Shown in pieces: positions 21,073-35,378 of a stretch of DNA of 64,000 nt. The notes under the pieces are model-generated. The model was given only the letters and a program-made list of their open reading frames with translations, was not told where the DNA came from and did no database searches. This stretch comes from Desulfurococcales archaeon (GTDB lineage: Archaea > Thermoproteota > Thermoprotei_A > Sulfolobales > Acidilobaceae), in contig WAQN01000131.1 of the NCBI GenBank assembly GCA_015520195.1, positions 565 to 64,564 on the forward strand, written 5' to 3'. The first letter of the stretch is position 1; each line of letters starts with the position of its first letter. Both the position numbers and the translations under genes were made by a program.

Positions 21073-21474
21073 CTACATCAGATTCATGGTGGTCATTAGA
21101 GCTCCTAGTATGATGCATATATGCATTATAGTGCACCATAGGCATATTGCTCTGGCAACCTTGACTTCAAGGTATATGAGATAAGGAACAAATCCTAGAC
21201 CCACCAGGTATAATAGCCATAGAATTAATCCCGTATACGATGGCGATTCATATATGATATCTATAACTGTCGTTGCCAGGATTAATGTGAAGTATATGGG
21301 TGCTAGGACGGAGAAGTGGATCCCCATAAACCACGCCTGTGGTATCATATAGACTAGCTTACACCCGCTCGGCCCCTCATCCGCTCTACAGACTACACTT
21401 GTTTCCCTCCTGTAATTGATATAACTCATTACTCCCGCAATAAGCCCCACTAGGCCTAATACTACCATTAACAT
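21073..21474 (-). CDS. VKOR-like (vitamin K epoxide reductase family) membrane thiol oxidoreductase
   Basis: 133 aa with 4 predicted TM segments. The loop Cys pair is CRADEGPSGC, followed by KLVY..AWFMGIHFSVLAPIYF. A CxxC (CLWC) sits at the start of the last TM. This matches VKOR topology and motif order. Confidence 0.6.
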   Translation of the reverse strand: MLMVVLGLVGLIAGVMSYINYRRETSVVCRADEGPSGCKLVYMIPQAWFMGIHFSVLAPIYFTLILATTVIDIIYESPSYTGLILWLLYLVGLGFVPYLIYLEVKVARAICLWCTIMHICIILGALMTTMNLM

Positions 21475-21634
21475 GTACTTAGCACCAGCTAGAGGTGCCT
21501 GCTGGTATTGCTATCCATTATTCTTAGCTCAACGCTAAAGTCTATTATAAATTGCTTTTAAACCCTTATAGTGTCTGGATAGGGAATAGATAGGCTGGTA
21601 TAGGGACGAGCTATAAGGTGGGGAGGCGTTTGAA

Positions 21635-22126
21635 TTGACCGATAAGAGGCTGATCAGGGCTGTCGAGATAATGCCCTTCACAAAGATAATCAGATATGAG
21701 GACATGGATATAGGAACCTATCTAATAGGGTTAAATCTTAGGCTTGAAGATGGACGTGTTTTTACACTCGTGAATATACCATATGAGGTGGCTGAGGCCA
21801 TAAAACTGTATAATCATGGGGAACCTCCTCCCAGGAGACAGAGTCTATTCTCATTACTCATGAATCATGAAGAGTTTATAGATGCTGTAGCCAGAACACT
21901 AAAACGGGTAGTGGTGGACGAGCTTGACAGAGAAACAAACCTATACACTGCTACAGTCGAGTTCAGCGAGGATGGATTAAGCCTTAACGTAAAGATGATA
22001 CCTAGTCATGCTATATATCTAGCCCTGATAACTGGGAAACCTGTCTACGTGGCAGAGGACCTAGTAGAACAGTTTAGCGGAGAAGAGGAAGAGTATGAGA
22101 TCGACGATGAAGAAGAGGAATACTGA
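21635..22126 (+). CDS. Bifunctional nuclease (BFN/DUF151) family protein with an acidic tail
   Basis: VNIPYEVAEAIKLYNHGEPPPRRQSLFSLL...LYTATVEF...MIPSHAIYLALITGKPVYVAEDLV matches the DUF151 pattern (xRPxTHDL..., DARPSDAIALAL...PIYV). Confidence 0.6.
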   Translation: MTDKRLIRAVEIMPFTKIIRYEDMDIGTYLIGLNLRLEDGRVFTLVNIPYEVAEAIKLYNHGEPPPRRQSLFSLLMNHEEFIDAVARTLKRVVVDELDRETNLYTATVEFSEDGLSLNVKMIPSHAIYLALITGKPVYVAEDLVEQFSGEEEEYEIDDEEEEY

Positions 22127-22256
22127 CATAAATAATTATCCATGCTAACCAACATTGAAGCACTAATAAGAACTCTTAGATAAATTAAATTGGAACACGC
22201 TCAACCACAATGGTTCATTATGCTGAAAGAGATGGTATAGTGTAGTGATAATTAGT

Positions 22257-22700
22257 TTATCTTCTCGGTTTCTGCTTCCTCCCCTCCCATATAGCCTTTA
22301 GTGACACTCCATTGACAAGAACTACTCTGTATCTTACACCTGGAATATCACCCATCGATCTCCCTCTTGGACCGCCTATACCTTCTATTATAACTTCGTC
22401 ATGCTCGTCTATGTATAGGATCCCTCCATCACGGGGAACGAAAGCAGTCACTACTTTTTTATTCTTAACTAGCTGTACCCTAACGCATTTCCTCAGGGCA
22501 GAATTAGGTTGTCTGGCCTCTACACCAACTTTCTCCAGTACTATGCCCCTAGCCATGGGTGCCCCTTCTAGTGGGTCATGTTTTCTTTTCAACCCTAGCA
22601 TCTTTATTTTAAACTCTCTCTGGCTCCATTTAAACTTCATTCTTTTACGCCTAAGCTTTCTAGCTGCGAAGAGACCGTATGGCGCTTTCTTCCCGGTCAT
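22257..22700 (-). CDS. rps12: 30S ribosomal protein S12 (uS12)
   Basis: [47 protein letters not shown]...GVRYRVV. Confidence 0.96.
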   Translation of the reverse strand: MTGKKAPYGLFAARKLRRKRMKFKWSQREFKIKMLGLKRKHDPLEGAPMARGIVLEKVGVEARQPNSALRKCVRVQLVKNKKVVTAFVPRDGGILYIDEHDEVIIEGIGGPRGRSMGDIPGVRYRVVLVNGVSLKAIWEGRKQKPRR

Positions 22701-22777
22701 AGTGGCATCGTCCCCTTCATAATTGCCCGATGCATGGAGGTTAAAAGTATTACAGTATTTAGGCTAACTAAGTGGCT

Positions 22778-23209
22778 TCATCTTATTATTATCTTTGATA
22801 CGTTGAATAATTTTGAGAGTACTAATCTTGCCCTTTTTATATTTCTACCCTCTCTTCCAATAGCTTTTCCCTTATCCTCTTCTGCGACTTTGACTATAAC
22901 TTGTTTTTCGCCTCCACGGGTGACTACATCTATTCCTAGGATTTTTACTCCTGAGAATAGATTCTTAACCATGCCATCTATATCATCTGAGTATTCAACT
23001 ATCTCTATGCTTTTATTAAAGATTTTAGATAGCATTTTGACGTTCTTGCCAGCTTTACCTATAGCCTTGCCCAGGTCACCCTTGTTTACTAGGAATATTA
23101 GCCTATTACCCTCCTCGTCTATTATGCACCTATATGCCACCGCCTCAGTGAAGTTTTGGAATACGGATAAGTATCTTAGCTCATCTACGGTTATCCTATC
23201 TTCACTCAT
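22778..23209 (-). CDS. nusA: Archaeal NusA-like protein (two KH domains)
   Basis: Two GxxG KH motifs (GKAIGKAGKNVKML, GKAIGREGRNIKRA), between rpl30e and rps12. Confidence 0.9.
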   Translation of the reverse strand: MSEDRITVDELRYLSVFQNFTEAVAYRCIIDEEGNRLIFLVNKGDLGKAIGKAGKNVKMLSKIFNKSIEIVEYSDDIDGMVKNLFSGVKILGIDVVTRGGEKQVIVKVAEEDKGKAIGREGRNIKRARLVLSKLFNVSKIIIR

Positions 23210-23259
23210 ATTATTGCACCCTCTCTAACTCATGATCCTTAGGGTCATCATATTAGCGG

Positions 23260-23562
23260 TTATTCAGCTAATTCAAGTATCCTAGATGAGCCTTCGTCTA
23301 TAACTGCTATCATAGATACCTTAAACGGCTTACCCGCTGCTAATCCCAGGTCTACACTTGTCCCTTTGAATTCTATTATGGGGACACCGCTTAATCTAGC
23401 ATAGTATTCCAGTCTCTTCTTGTAGTGTGGAGGCGTGTTTTCAGCTACTATCACTAGCTTTGCTCTCCCATTTAAAACAGCCTTAAGCGTCTGCTTCGCT
23501 CCCAGATAATACGTTCCAGTCTTGATTAGGTTACGTAATTCACGTTCTAGGGATACAGACAT
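23260..23562 (-). CDS. rpl30e: 50S ribosomal protein L30e (eL30)
   Basis: 100 aa with GTYYLGAKQTLKAVLNGRAKLVIVAENTPP, at the conserved position after rpoA2. Confidence 0.9.
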   Translation of the reverse strand: MSVSLERELRNLIKTGTYYLGAKQTLKAVLNGRAKLVIVAENTPPHYKKRLEYYARLSGVPIIEFKGTSVDLGLAAGKPFKVSMIAVIDEGSSRILELAE

Positions 23563-23564
23563 TC

Positions 23565-27491
<3,927 letters not shown>

Positions 27492-27495
<4 letters not shown>

Positions 27496-30400
27496 CCACC
27501 CCCGTTACTCCTGGTGAGTGATTCTTCCGCTCCGTTTCTTAGGATCTTCCTAACTATCTCTATCTTGTCAGCGACTTTGATCTCGGGTTTTATAACCATA
27601 CTAAGCATCTCTTGTAGGAATAGCTTAAATGGATATGGCACTTTGACGGGTTTTACATCGCCATCCTCGCCATGGATTGGACACTCATACACTCCTCTTC
27701 TCCGATTATACCATGAGATATGGCCACATTTAGTGCATACATACATAGTGTAGGCGTCACTGTTCTCGAGCATTCTATCCCTTAATAGGGAAGCTGCTCC
27801 ATGCCCTATAAGGCAGTCCCTCTCCATCTCACCAAATCTCAGCCCACCTTGACGAGCCTTACCCTCTGTAGGCTGTCTTGTGAGTAGCTGTACTTTGCCT
27901 GTAGCCCTGGCATGCATTTTATCTGTAACCATGTGATAGAGCCTCTGATAAAATGCTACTCCAATGGTAACTGGCCGCTCGATCATCTCACCTGTCCTAC
28001 CATCATACATGACCTCCTTGGCGTTGGGGTCATAGCCGTTTTTAAGCAGCTCGATCCTTATCGACTCGATATCCTCCTTATAGAACGGTGTTCCATCGAC
28101 AAACCTAGCCTTAAGTGCGCCTAGCTTCCCCGCAATCATCTCGATTAGCTGGCCTACTGTCATCCTGGAGGGTATAGCGTGTGGATTCAGTATAACATCT
28201 GGCGTTATACCGTCTTCGGTGTATGGCATGTCATACTTAGGGAATATCATGCCTATGACTCCTTTCTGACCATGTCTACTCGCAAACTTATCCCCTATCT
28301 CAGGGATCCTTAAATCTCTCACCCTTACTTTAACAAGCTTATTCCTCTCTAGTGTTTGAGTGATAAATACCCTATCGACTACACCCTTTTCTCCATATCT
28401 TAACTGCACGCTTGTATCTCTATGTATTAGGGCTGCGGCCCCTATCATCCTCTCCTCTCCAAGGAACCTGGGGGGGCTCTCCTTACCTACAAGCACGTCT
28501 CCGCCTTCAACCTCTACTTCGGGGTCTATTATCCCGTCTGGCGCCAGTTTCGTATAGTATTTATCTCCCTTATGATCCATTAGTTTAGGTGAGGGGATAG
28601 TTATCCTATCACTGACTCCGCCTGGATAGTCGTTTTCTACCGCTGTGTATACCCTGAAGAAGTGGATCCTGGCTAGCCCCATGTCTATAGACGATTTATT
28701 GAATATTAATGCATCCTCTATATTATATCCTGTGAAGGACATCAATGCTACTATCATGTTCTGACCTGCTGGCCTGTTATTATATCCCATCAGCTCTAAC
28801 GCTCTTGTCTGCACTATGGGTTTCTGTGGATAGTGGAGTAGATACGAGTGACTGTCAGACCTGTGATTATAGTTTAATGCGTAGACGCCTAGCGCCTGTT
28901 TGGCCATAGCTGATTGATAAGTATTTCTAGGGCTCTGATTATGCTCTAGAAATGGAATTGTTGAGGCAGCCACGCCAAGTATGGCTGGCACCCATAATTC
29001 TAGGTGTGTATGCTGTGGTGTTACATCGTCGAGTGTTTCAGCTATATAAGCGTTCTCTTCTTCGTCAGGATCTAGGAATTCAATTACACCCTCCCTTACT
29101 AGATCCCAGAACGTGATCTCACCCTTCTTAAGCTTCTCTACATGCTCTCTTGTAAGTTTCGGCTTTCCATTCTCTACAACGACAACTGGCCTCATCAGTC
29201 TACCTTCATCAGTATTTATATATACCTCGTTAACGTGTTCATCAACTATGTGTGCTACGCTTACCTCATAGCTGATCTTCCCCTCTCTCCTCAGCTTCCT
29301 AAGGGTGGACGCCAGTTCTCCGCCATTTGGATGATAGCCTATAGGCTTGCCGTTCAAGAATACCTTCGAACCAGTCATCATCACTTCTGGAGGTATGCCT
29401 TGTTGTAGTGTTTCCTTGATAAGGTCATCAAGGGGTATGACTCCTAAATCGTATAGGAGCTTCTCCACCTCAGACTCATCAACGCCTACAGATATATATG
29501 CCGATAACGCTAGATTCTTGACGAGCCCGCAATTTATACCCTCAGGAGTCTCGAAGGGGCATAGGCGGCCCCAGTGTGTGCCGTGGAGGTCCCTTGCCTC
29601 ATAATGTGCTTGACCCCTGCTCAGTGGTGAGATCACTCTTCTGAGATGGCTTAGCAGGCTTATCCAATTTGTCCTATCCAGTGCTTGGCTAACGCCAGTC
29701 CTCTCCTGGCCCCAGTTTCCAGTGGCTAATGCTGTTTTCAATCTATCAGTTATTATATCTGTCCTTACAAGATATGAGAGTCTAATCTTTCTCCTCTGAC
29801 TTATATGCTCCTCTAGCTGCGTCTCAATGTTGTATATGAACGCCTGGAATGCATCCCTAAATATCTCTGCTATAAGGTCTCCAGCGAGCCTCAGTCTCTT
29901 ATTGGAGTAGTGGTCCTTATCATCTGGCTTTCTCTTTTTGAGATACAATTGGAGTACCCTGTTTGCCATTTCAGCCAAGTAGTATGCCTTTTTCCTCCTA
30001 TCCTCAGGTCTGTTGCCTAGATGCGGGAGTAGTTGATTGTCTAGGAATTCTAATGCCCTCTGCTTCCTGATTTCCCTAGGCTGGCCAGCAGCGAGTCTAT
30101 TACCTATGTATTCAAGCGCCTCATCCATGCTCCTAACGGTGACAGCCACCTTCTCGAAGCTAGCTAGGAGTTCTCTCTGGATATCGGGGTCAGGGGATAC
30201 AGCAGCGGCTATCTCAGCCTCAGTCTCAACCCCTAAAGCCCTCATTAGAGCTACAAATGGTATCCTATAGGGTAGCCTGCTCATACTAACCTCAAGGCTC
30301 CCATCACTCATCCTATCAACTATAACCTGCCTTCTCAGCCCTAGAACCGTCGAGACTACCTTAGCTGAATGTGTTATCCTGGTGGTACTAGCAGCTGACG

Positions 30401-31001
30401 GCCCTACTATTATCCTGTTGACTGCTAAGTCCTCCTGTATTGTGACTACCTTCTCACTTCCGTTAATGATGAAGTATCCGCCTGGGTCGTCGGGGTCCTC
30501 TCCAGCAGCTATTAGTTCATCCCTACTCATCCTAGATAGGGGGTCAATCACTGATTTAACCATAATCGGGATTTCTCCTATCTTAACTTTATCCTTTTGG
30601 GTGACAATCCCGTTCTCGACAAGGGATAATTCGAGATAGAGAGGCGCTGAGTAGGTTATATTCCTTATCCTACACTCGAATGGGAGTACCGGGTGGCTGA
30701 AGCCTTCAGCCTCTCTGGCTTCTGGCCCCCCGATTTCTAGTTTACCTATCTCAATCTTTATATCAACACCTGGTAGGGGCTGCTCATAACCTCTCCTCCT
30801 GCCAGCAAGTCTCCAGGCAGGCCTAATCTCCTTTTGCGCTTCAACTATCCTATGCATCCTCTGTGTTACGAATGCATTGAACGAGTCTAGATGCTGGCGT
30901 GACAATCCCATTTCCTTTATTCCGCTACTAAACGCTGTCCAGAGGTCAGCTGGGGTTATATCGACTGCTTGGCTACTGGTATTACTCAATTCCTGCTCCA
31001 C
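27492..31001 (-). CDS. rpoB: DNA-directed RNA polymerase subunit B (unsplit, 1169 aa)
   Basis: GDKFASRHGQKGV, PSRMTVGQ, GGLRFGEMERD and a C-terminal Zn ribbon CTKCGH...CPIHG. A single ORF is typical of Crenarchaeota. Confidence 0.98.
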
Positions 31002-31032
31002 CCCCAGTACAGTTGCATCTTATCTAGGAGTT

Positions 31033-31353
31033 TTAGTAGGGTACAACAACCCTATATGTAATGGTTTCCCCAGCCGTAGGAGACTTCCTTTTAATTTCAA
31101 TTATATCCCCGGGTTTCGCTCCGATAAGGCTTATCACTGGGTCGTTTATGCTAATGTGGGGTAGCTGCCATGGTTTAACACGGAGTCTGCCTAGCACCTC
31201 TGCTGCCTCCTCTAGGGTTAACACTCTATGCTCTGGGACGAGCTCGTGTTTTAAGATCCTCTTATCTATCTTCTTAACTGATTTTGAGGGCAATCCCTCT
31301 ACAACCTCCGCAAGGGGTAGTTGGAGTAACTGCACCTTATTAGTATTTACCAC
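31033..31353 (-). CDS. rpoH: DNA-directed RNA polymerase subunit H
   Basis: ILKHELVPEHRVLTLEEAAEVLGRLRVKPWQLPHISINDPV...GDIIEIKRKSPTAGETITYRVVV, upstream of rpoB. The exact start is uncertain. Confidence 0.9.
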   Translation of the reverse strand: MVNTNKVQLLQLPLAEVVEGLPSKSVKKIDKRILKHELVPEHRVLTLEEAAEVLGRLRVKPWQLPHISINDPVISLIGAKPGDIIEIKRKSPTAGETITYRVVVPY

Positions 31354-31390
31354 TCTTCTGGAATTTAAGAATTAGTTAATAGAGTTAAAT

Positions 31391-31900
31391 CTAGGCTATT
31401 TTATTATTTTTACTTTTTATTATTGATTTAACATCATTTATTATTCTCTTTATGTTCCTCCAGTGACTACCCTCCCAGTAGACCTTACCACATTTAATGC
31501 AGATATAGAATTTATCATAGGCCTGTAGTGCCCCCGGTGGGACTCTGTCTTTTACTGACTCCTTATTTGTTGTTTTAACCAGAACACCATTACACTCTGG
31601 GCATCTACTCTTATCAGGATTAATCTCTAGGTCGATTCTCGCCTTTGACGCTAATTCCGCTAGTCTAAACTCGATCTTATCCGAATAAATATATATGCTT
31701 TTTATTTTATTCTTTATCGCCTTAACGTGTAGACCTCTATCTCTAGTTATAATTGTCCTCTTCGATGCCTTAGCTATCCTAAGTATCTGGGGGTCGGAGT
31801 AGTTCCTATTATAGAGGACATCATATCCAAGTATCCTAAGCCACCTAGCCACCTCTCCCATCATGGTGTCTGCTATGAACTTCTCCTTCCCCTCCCCCAT
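31391..31900 (-). CDS. Mut7-C RNase domain (DUF82) protein
   Basis: FIADTMMGEVARWLRILGYDV, IITRDRGL, Zn ribbon CPECNG...CIKCGKVYWEGSHW. The track start at 31939 overlaps the upstream CBS gene. The in-frame ATG at 31900 (MGEGKEK) avoids the overlap. Confidence 0.75.
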   Translation of the reverse strand: MGEGKEKFIADTMMGEVARWLRILGYDVLYNRNYSDPQILRIAKASKRTIITRDRGLHVKAIKNKIKSIYIYSDKIEFRLAELASKARIDLEINPDKSRCPECNGVLVKTTNKESVKDRVPPGALQAYDKFYICIKCGKVYWEGSHWRNIKRIINDVKSIIKSKNNKIA

Positions 31901-31904
31901 ATTT

Positions 31905-32747
31905 TTAGAGCCTCCTAACTCTTTTCTGCGAGAGGGCAATTGCTAACTCATACCCGGTTATTATGCCTACTGGCTTGCCCCTATCCTCTATAATGACAGC
32001 CCTGTAACGGTTTTTTATCATGCTATCAGCAGCTTCTGCTAGCGACGACTCTGGATCGACTTTCGGAGGCCTAAGCTTTATCGCATCAGCAACAACTATG
32101 TATTTAAGCGGAGTTATCCTCTTAGGCTCACCCCTAGCGAGCTCATAGTATTTAATGAATACACGCGCTATCTCGTCAACACCAATAACTCCTACTAATA
32201 CTCCTTCATCCATAACGGGTATCACGCTTAGATCGTATTGCTGTATTAACTGCCTAACATGCAGTATCCTAGTTTGCAGGCTAACACTAACAGGAGGAGT
32301 CCTCATGAACTCTCTAACACTTAAATCAGCCGCTTCAGGAGATTCTCTTAAAACCTTAGCAAGCTCCCATCTAGATATAATCCCACGCGCAACACCCTCA
32401 TCGCCAACCACAGGCACACTAGTGAATCCCCCCTCAACCATTATGGTAGCAGCTTTTAGCAGTGTATCGCTTTCTTTTACTACCCTCAATGGCTCGGACA
32501 TGAAACTAGATGCATGCAGAGCTGAAGGTGCTGCCTGCTTGGTTCTTATAGTGCCAAGCTTAAATATTACATCCCTCAGTGTAAGAATGCCCCTAGCTAC
32601 CCCTGACTCGCTTAATACTACCCTATCAGTCTTTTTCTTATCCATTAAGTGGAGCGCTTCAGCTAGCGAATAATCCTTATCTATATATGGGAAGTCCTGC
32701 GTGTGTATCCTAGATACGCTCCTGAGCGCAAGATCCTCGAACACCAC
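31905..32747 (-). CDS. CBS-domain protein (four CBS repeats)
   Basis: Repeated hxxxMxxxhhxhxxxxxhxxAxxhMxxxxxxxhPVhD pattern, e.g. GFTSVPVVGDEGVARGIISRWEL, SVIPVMDEGVLVGVIGVDEI, YRAVIIEDRGKPVGIITGYEL. Confidence 0.8.
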   Translation of the reverse strand: MVFEDLALRSVSRIHTQDFPYIDKDYSLAEALHLMDKKKTDRVVLSESGVARGILTLRDVIFKLGTIRTKQAAPSALHASSFMSEPLRVVKESDTLLKAATIMVEGGFTSVPVVGDEGVARGIISRWELAKVLRESPEAADLSVREFMRTPPVSVSLQTRILHVRQLIQQYDLSVIPVMDEGVLVGVIGVDEIARVFIKYYELARGEPKRITPLKYIVVADAIKLRPPKVDPESSLAEAADSMIKNRYRAVIIEDRGKPVGIITGYELAIALSQKRVRRL

Positions 32748-32772
32748 AAACCACTACCTCCCATTCTACTAT

Positions 32773-33222
32773 TTATTCACTCGACCTTTTAAGTGCTAAA
32801 ACTAGTTCTATATAATACGGAGCTATCCTTAGTATGTCCCTCTTAGATATTATACCAACTATCCTCATATTATCAGGGTCCAGTATTGGGAGATGACCTA
32901 TCCCCTTGCTACCCATCAACTCAGCAGCTTCCCTTAGCGTTGCATCAGAGAATAGATAGTATGGGTCTCTAACCATTATATCGCCCAGCTTAACGGAGCT
33001 CGGAAGAAGACCTCTAGCCACCACACCCTTTACTATATCAGTCTTCGTTACTATACCTAAAAGTCTCTCCCTCTCATCTACGACTATAATGCTTCCTATA
33101 TCGTTTTCAACCATCACTTTAGCAGCCTCCATGACTGTAGCCGTGGGGCTCATTGTTATGACAGGTGTCTTCATCACATCGCTTACTAGCAGATCCTCTA
33201 CAATCTCTGCCTCTCTGCTCAT
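32773..33222 (-). CDS. CBS-domain pair protein
   Basis: VSDVMKTPVITMSPTATVMEAAKVMVENDIGSIIVVDERERLLGIVTKTDI and a second repeat ending GHLPILDPDNMRIVGIISKRDIL. Confidence 0.85.
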   Translation of the reverse strand: MSREAEIVEDLLVSDVMKTPVITMSPTATVMEAAKVMVENDIGSIIVVDERERLLGIVTKTDIVKGVVARGLLPSSVKLGDIMVRDPYYLFSDATLREAAELMGSKGIGHLPILDPDNMRIVGIISKRDILRIAPYYIELVLALKRSSE

Positions 33223-33240
33223 GGAACCACCCGCGCTTTA

Positions 33241-33281
33241 TCTAGACTAACCCACTTCAATTAATCTAAAGTCTAGACTAA
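33241..33281. repeat. Exact 10-bp direct repeat TCTAGACTAA (2 copies, 31-bp period) in a divergent promoter region
   Basis: Copies at 33241-33250 and 33272-33281 flank an AT-rich TATA-like stretch (TTAATCTAAA). They lie 19-59 nt upstream of the CBS-pair gene start (33222, minus) and about 105-145 nt upstream of the DUF1614-like gene (33387, plus). Confidence 0.5.
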
Positions 33282-33386
33282 ATATATTAGCCGTATTAGG
33301 AGAATTTATTCGAATACAACATAGGCCCAGATATGACTAATAGTTTTAGCGTTTAACTCTCTATAGAGAGTAATAGGTTATCATAG

Positions 33387-34151
33387 GTGATTGCAGGGAG
33401 GGCTTTGAGAGGGTCTAGGATACTGGTGTATCCGCCTGGACACCCGTTACTTATAGGGATATACGTGTTCATGGCGTTTATATTCGCTTTGATAGCCTCA
33501 GTCTTACCCTCAGTAGCTCTTTCAGGATTAGCCTTTTCCAGCTTACATTTACTGGCGCTCTGGATGGCTTCGTTTCTTATATTAACTAGTCCTCTGCTAA
33601 GCTTCTTTAACGTCGTTGTTAAGAGGATCGAGAGCCCCGAGGTTGAGGAGCTTAGAGTAGAGGTGGAGTTCATCTATGTATATGGGCTGCCAATAGCGGT
33701 ACCCAGACTTAGGGTGTCTAGGAGGGTTACAATCATAGCCTTGAATTTAGGGGGAGCAGCTGTCCCGGTATTTGTATCACTAATCCTCTCTTGGATAGCA
33801 TATTCAAACTATGGCTCACGGGTTACAGCTCCTATAGTAGCATCTATAACTGTAACGTCTATTATCACATATCTGGCGTCTAGAGTGGTTCCTGGTGTTG
33901 GTATAGCTGTTCCAGCGCTAATACCTCCCCTAACTGCTAGCCTCATATCAATGGCTATAATCGGATCAGGGCCTGTAGCTGCAATATCAGCCTATACGGG
34001 GGGAGTAATGGGTAGTCTTATAGGGGCCGATGTATTAAGGCTGGCTAAAGACTTCCATAGGCTACAGGCTCCCATAGTTAGTATAGGAGGCGTTGGTGTC
34101 TTCGACGGTGTCTTCCTATCGGGGATAATAGGATTCATCTTAGCCCTCTAA
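33387..34151 (+). CDS. Integral membrane protein, DUF1614-like
   Basis: 254 aa, multi-TM, with NLGGAAVPV and SIGGVGVFDGVFLSG segments that I recall as DUF1614 features. The antisense ORF 33353..33673 is a shadow. Confidence 0.55.
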   Translation: MIAGRALRGSRILVYPPGHPLLIGIYVFMAFIFALIASVLPSVALSGLAFSSLHLLALWMASFLILTSPLLSFFNVVVKRIESPEVEELRVEVEFIYVYGLPIAVPRLRVSRRVTIIALNLGGAAVPVFVSLILSWIAYSNYGSRVTAPIVASITVTSIITYLASRVVPGVGIAVPALIPPLTASLISMAIIGSGPVAAISAYTGGVMGSLIGADVLRLAKDFHRLQAPIVSIGGVGVFDGVFLSGIIGFILAL

Positions 34152-35376
34152 CATGCTTAGCATAGATGCTCTCTAAAGCCTCAACCAGGCGAGTTATATC
34201 CTCTCTGCAATTATATATGTAGAGGCTAGCCCTAACACTTCCATCAGGGAATCCGAGCTTGTCATGCAGGATATGCGCGCAGTGAAGTCCAGTTCTAACA
34301 GCTATTCCCTGCCGACTTAATGAGAGCCCAGCAACGTCTGGAGGTAGACCCTCTACATTAAACGACACTATACCATGCCTTAAATCCGAACTATTAGGTC
34401 CCACTATCCTTATGAAGTCTAATGCGGAAACCGCCTCAAGGAGATCCCTTGTTAAGCTGCGTTCATATTCATATACGTTCTCCATGCCTATCCTGGATAA
34501 ATATTCTACAGCCTTTGCTAACCCCACAGCCTCTATTATAGGAGGAGTACCTGATTCATACTTCCACGGGGAATCCTCCCAATCTATACTAACTAAGCCG
34601 TCAACTAGTTTGACTCTCTTGACTGTGCCACCAGCTCCTAATGGAGGCTCCATGTCTTCTAGTAGGTCATGTCTTCCCCACATAACCCCTATACCTGTAG
34701 GTCCTAGCATTTTGTGACCGCTAAACGCAGCGAAGCTCGCTTTAAGCTTTTTAAAATCTACTGGAAGGTGAGGTACGCTCTGTGCTGCATCTACCACGAA
34801 GAAAGAGTCATGTTCCTCGGCTATCTTACCTATCTCCTGAAGTGGTGATATGTAGCCTGTGACGTTTGATATATGATTTGTCGCTATTACCCTGGTTCTT
34901 TCACTTAAATACTCATTTATATCCTCCCATCTGGGTATGCCTCTCCTGTCCACTGGGAGTAGTCTTACTTTTGCTTTAGCCTTCCTAGCTATCCTAACCC
35001 ATGGAAGCATATTGCTGTGATGCTCTGCCTCAGTTATTATTATCTCGTCACCCTCTCCTATATACCCGTTCCAGTATAAGGTTAGTGCTATTAGTTGTAT
35101 AGCCTCACTTGTATTCTTGACGAAGACCACCTCCCTCATGTCTCCTCCTATAAATTTGGCCACGGTCTCGTGGGCGTCCTCGTAGATTTTACTAGCTTCC
35201 ATGCTTAACTTATACACGCCTCTATGTACATTAGCATACGTAGTATATGCGAATTCTGACATGGCTTCAATAACTTGGCGGGGCTTAAGTGTGCTAGCAG
35301 CATTGTCTAGGAAAACCACGTTAGAATTCTGGAGTTCTGGTATGTCATCCCGTATTCTGCTACAGTCTATTCCCAA
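34135..35376 (-). CDS. Cysteine desulfurase, class V aminotransferase (SufS/CsdA-like)
   Basis: FLDNAASTLKP, ANVHRGVY, the PLP-lysine context AFSGHKMLGPTGIGV, and a C-terminal GLHCAH loop carrying the catalytic Cys. Confidence 0.88.
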   Translation of the reverse strand: MGIDCSRIRDDIPELQNSNVVFLDNAASTLKPRQVIEAMSEFAYTTYANVHRGVYKLSMEASKIYEDAHETVAKFIGGDMREVVFVKNTSEAIQLIALTLYWNGYIGEGDEIIITEAEHHSNMLPWVRIARKAKAKVRLLPVDRRGIPRWEDINEYLSERTRVIATNHISNVTGYISPLQEIGKIAEEHDSFFVVDAAQSVPHLPVDFKKLKASFAAFSGHKMLGPTGIGVMWGRHDLLEDMEPPLGAGGTVKRVKLVDGLVSIDWEDSPWKYESGTPPIIEAVGLAKAVEYLSRIGMENVYEYERSLTRDLLEAVSALDFIRIVGPNSSDLRHGIVSFNVEGLPPDVAGLSLSRQGIAVRTGLHCAHILHDKLGFPDGSVRASLYIYNCREDITRLVEALESIYAKHVRGLR

Positions 35377-35378
35377 TT

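Noticed and set aside
29186-29216. Two UGAUGA boxes 12 nt apart (minus strand) inside rpoB, and a UGAUGA...CUGA pair inside speB near 10520-10570
   Set aside because: Both are in-frame coding sequence of conserved proteins (NTDEGRLMRP in RpoB) and lack the complementary box set. They are chance matches to short motifs.
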